NCBI GenBank assembly: GCA_937903005.1
Contig: CALFNR010000144.1
Location: forward strand, 21,948-85,947
Length of the DNA: 64,000 nt
Origin: an uncultured Lachnoclostridium sp.
Lineage (GTDB): Bacteria; Bacillota; Clostridia; Lachnospirales; Lachnospiraceae
Direction of reading: 5' to 3'
Of this stretch, positions 61,932 through 64,000 are shown piece after piece. How positions within the stretch are numbered: the stretch's first letter is position 1; each line of letters opens with the position of its first letter. A program made the position numbers and the translations under genes. The notes under the pieces are model-generated. The model saw only the letters and a program-made list of their open reading frames with translations, made no database searches and was not told where the DNA came from.

Positions 61932-62731
61932 GTGTATATATCTATATTCACGCAAAAAAGAGGACCGCTTTGGACAGACTGGACGCCGTAACAGTATAAA
62001 CCGTATAAGGTCAGGCCACCCACCGCAAAAATTACAAGGAACGTCGTGAGACGATTCTGGGCCCGGTTCACTTCATATTACACTTGTATGAAGTGATGAC
62101 GTAAGTCCTATTGAAAGTAGCCTACAGGATGTTGAATCTGCGGATATTTAATTTATCTTAGTCCGAGAGGACAGTAAGCCGCTGTAAATTATTACATGCT
62201 TATGGATAAAGAGGTTGGTGTTTGGTTTGCATTAAATTTATTGTTTTACCAAGGATATGTATAGAAAATACGAAAGTATTGACTGGAAGGGCAAAACTCC
62301 AGTTTTGATATGCAATGTAGCTGAAATGCTGCATACTAAAGTGTTGTGTGCGTTGTCGTGTCGTAAACGTCAGACTGATGGCGGTAATAACCCCACATAT
62401 AGTTATTCTAGAGAAGATAAGCAGAACTCTATCTTTTTTTGCCTTTTCCCTAGGATAACTATATATATTGAAGAGCTGAAACGGTAATTATGCTTCGCTC
62501 GACTCACTGTAGTCAACATAAATATTAAATATATAGTTAATATATTAGTTCTTCAATTATATAGTTTATATATCAATAAATCTTTCAGATAGCGATATAT
62601 TAAGATATTGAAGGTATAAAGAATGAAGAAGCTAAGGGGAAGCATAAGTGCAATAACATTAAGAGCATGAAGACGGATCCTAATGATAGAATGAACATCT
62701 AAGTAATTCAGTAAGTAGTCATGGATTATTT

Positions 62732-63137
62732 AAAAATAACCTTTTGACAGTTAAGATTTTTCATGAAGCTATATATGTATATATATAATTACTTTTATTA
62801 CTTTAATACTTAGGACAAACTATTATGAAGTTAAGAGCTGTCAAACCGTGGAAAATCAAGGGGTTGCAGAGTTATCCACAACTACTTAAAAATAACCTAT
62901 CGACAGCTAATTATAACCTAAGGACAGTAATAAAATAACCTTTAGACAGTTTGGGATAATTTGATGATTTCAATAAAATAACCTTTAGACAGTCACCTCG
63001 TTTTGTCATAAAAAGTTATGCACATTTCCAGCATTTCATTAAAAATAACCTTTAGACAGTCAACAAATGGTGGATTCAATCTATTTAAAACGCCTCTTTG
63101 CTAGAATATATGTATTTAAAAATAACCTTTTGACAGT
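62732..63137 (+). repeat. iteron array of the plasmid-type origin (7 direct copies)
   Basis: AAAATAACCTTTWGACAGT at 62732, 62888, 62913 (degenerate), 62932, 62975, 63041 and 63118. An inverted half-site CTGTCAAA lies near 62838. Confidence 0.85.
62872..62880 (+). promoter_or_regulatory. perfect DnaA box
   Basis: TTATCCACA, between iterons 1 and 2. Confidence 0.6.
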
Positions 63138-63247
63138 CTCAATGAAAATCACTATGAATTATACTCATATTGAGCATTGACATACCTGCTAAAACACTAT
63201 AAAATTTAATTAAAATAACCCGAAAGAAGAAAGGTAATAGTTAGACT

Positions 63248-64000
63248 ATGTACGAGCAATTATCACTTCCTATGAACCTAAATTCTAACAATTATGTGGT
63301 TCAAGCAAATGATTTAATTAGTGGAAAACAAACGCTTACATTGAACGAAGCAAAAATATTAAGATTAGCAATTATGCAAATCGTAAAAGAGGACAAACAA
63401 TTCAAACCATATCGTGTTAAAATAACGGATCTTGCTGAAATCCTTGGAATTGATAGCTCAAACATATATCGAGATATCGATAAAATTACTGACGGTTTAA
63501 TGAGTAAATTCGTTAAGATTAAGGACAAAAATAAGCCTAATAGCAAGTCATTTCTCAAATTTAAGTGGGTTGATTATTGCAAATATACAGAAGGCACTGG
63601 CATTATTGAAATTAAGCTCTATGAAGGTTCTGGTGAGGATAAAGGATTACGTCCTTACTTACTTGGCCTAAAGGAATATTACGCTCAATACCCTTTAGAG
63701 AATATATTAGCTATGAACTCCGTTTATGCTATTAGAGTATTTGAATTACTTCAAGCTAAAATCACACAAAAGGTTCTTCCAAAGGAAGGTGTTCTGGTTC
63801 GATTAACAGTTGACGAAATCAGAGCTGCATGTGAGTGTGAAGATAAATTTACCCAGTTCGGAATGTTTAGGAAGAAAGTCGTTGACATTGCGAAAAAGGA
63901 AATCGAAAGGGTTACTCTATTCACAGTTGATTTTAAATATGTTAAGGAGGGCCGAAAAGTCGTTGCATTTGATATATTGGTTAATATGAAATATCATTGA
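63248..64000 (+). CDS. Rep_3-family (RepB-like) theta-replication initiator
   Basis: YVVQANDLISGKQTLTLNEAKILRLAIMQI is a typical Rep_3 N-terminus. Directly preceded by iterons. TGA at 63998-64000 completes the 250-aa ORF. Confidence 0.85.
   Translation: MYEQLSLPMNLNSNNYVVQANDLISGKQTLTLNEAKILRLAIMQIVKEDKQFKPYRVKITDLAEILGIDSSNIYRDIDKITDGLMSKFVKIKDKNKPNSKSFLKFKWVDYCKYTEGTGIIEIKLYEGSGEDKGLRPYLLGLKEYYAQYPLENILAMNSVYAIRVFELLQAKITQKVLPKEGVLVRLTVDEIRAACECEDKFTQFGMFRKKVVDIAKKEIERVTLFTVDFKYVKEGRKVVAFDILVNMKYH

Larger units (their letters stand above)
1..64000. mobile_element. segment of a temperate siphovirus-type phage genome with a plasmid-type replicon (phage-plasmid-like)
   Basis: Contiguous HK97-like head, tail and lysis modules, a phage replication module, recombinases, and an iteron plus Rep_3 origin. 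Confidence 0.8.

Noticed and set aside
61886-62487. Tracked ORFs 61886..62071 (-) and 62257..62487 (+) as ordinary protein genes
   Set aside because: Both lie in the GC-rich hairpin-dense block, lack convincing RBSs, and their composition is atypical for this genome. The first is retained only as a speculative small toxin in a finding.
62732-63137. Repeated 19-20-bp units that might be read as a CRISPR array
   Set aside because: Start-to-start spacing is irregular (25-156 bp), two copies are degenerate, there is an inverted half-site, no cas genes are present, and a Rep_3 gene follows directly. This is iteron behaviour.
1-64000. tRNA, rRNA and tmRNA genes, transposases and cas genes
   Set aside because: Reading both strands by eye, I saw no T-loop/acceptor-like signatures (GGTTCGAAT-type) outside coding sequence and no such ORFs. 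tRNAscan-SE or Infernal would be needed to exclude small RNAs formally.

Overview
AT-rich segment of a temperate siphovirus-type phage that also has plasmid features, from a low-GC Firmicute, probably Clostridia-like. Layout: (1) 1-22.9 kb, + strand: replication and nucleotide-metabolism genes (RecJ-like, RNase H, DNA ligase, split type IIA topoisomerase, serine recombinase, Pol III alpha, sigma-like factor, dUTPase, NrdD/NrdG, FolD, guanylate kinase). Nearly every gene follows one conserved promoter cassette. (2) 23.1-29.2 kb: an inserted island lacking that cassette, carrying a radical-SAM/SPASM RiPP cluster (ABC exporter, 61-aa CxCxCxC precursor, maturase, S8 protease fusion) plus a stand-alone ATPase. 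(3) 29.3-31.9 kb: three genes, including an amidoligase, behind a second promoter class. (4) 32-35.1 kb: XRE regulator, AgrC-like kinase, an untracked 48-aa AgrD-like peptide, and a tyrosine recombinase. (5) 35.2-61.4 kb, - strand: lysis, tail, HK97-like head and packaging genes with a third promoter-like motif. (6) 61.5-64 kb: DnaA boxes, a GC-rich ORF-poor block, seven iterons and a Rep_3-type initiator. All calls come from reading motifs by eye; no searches were run.
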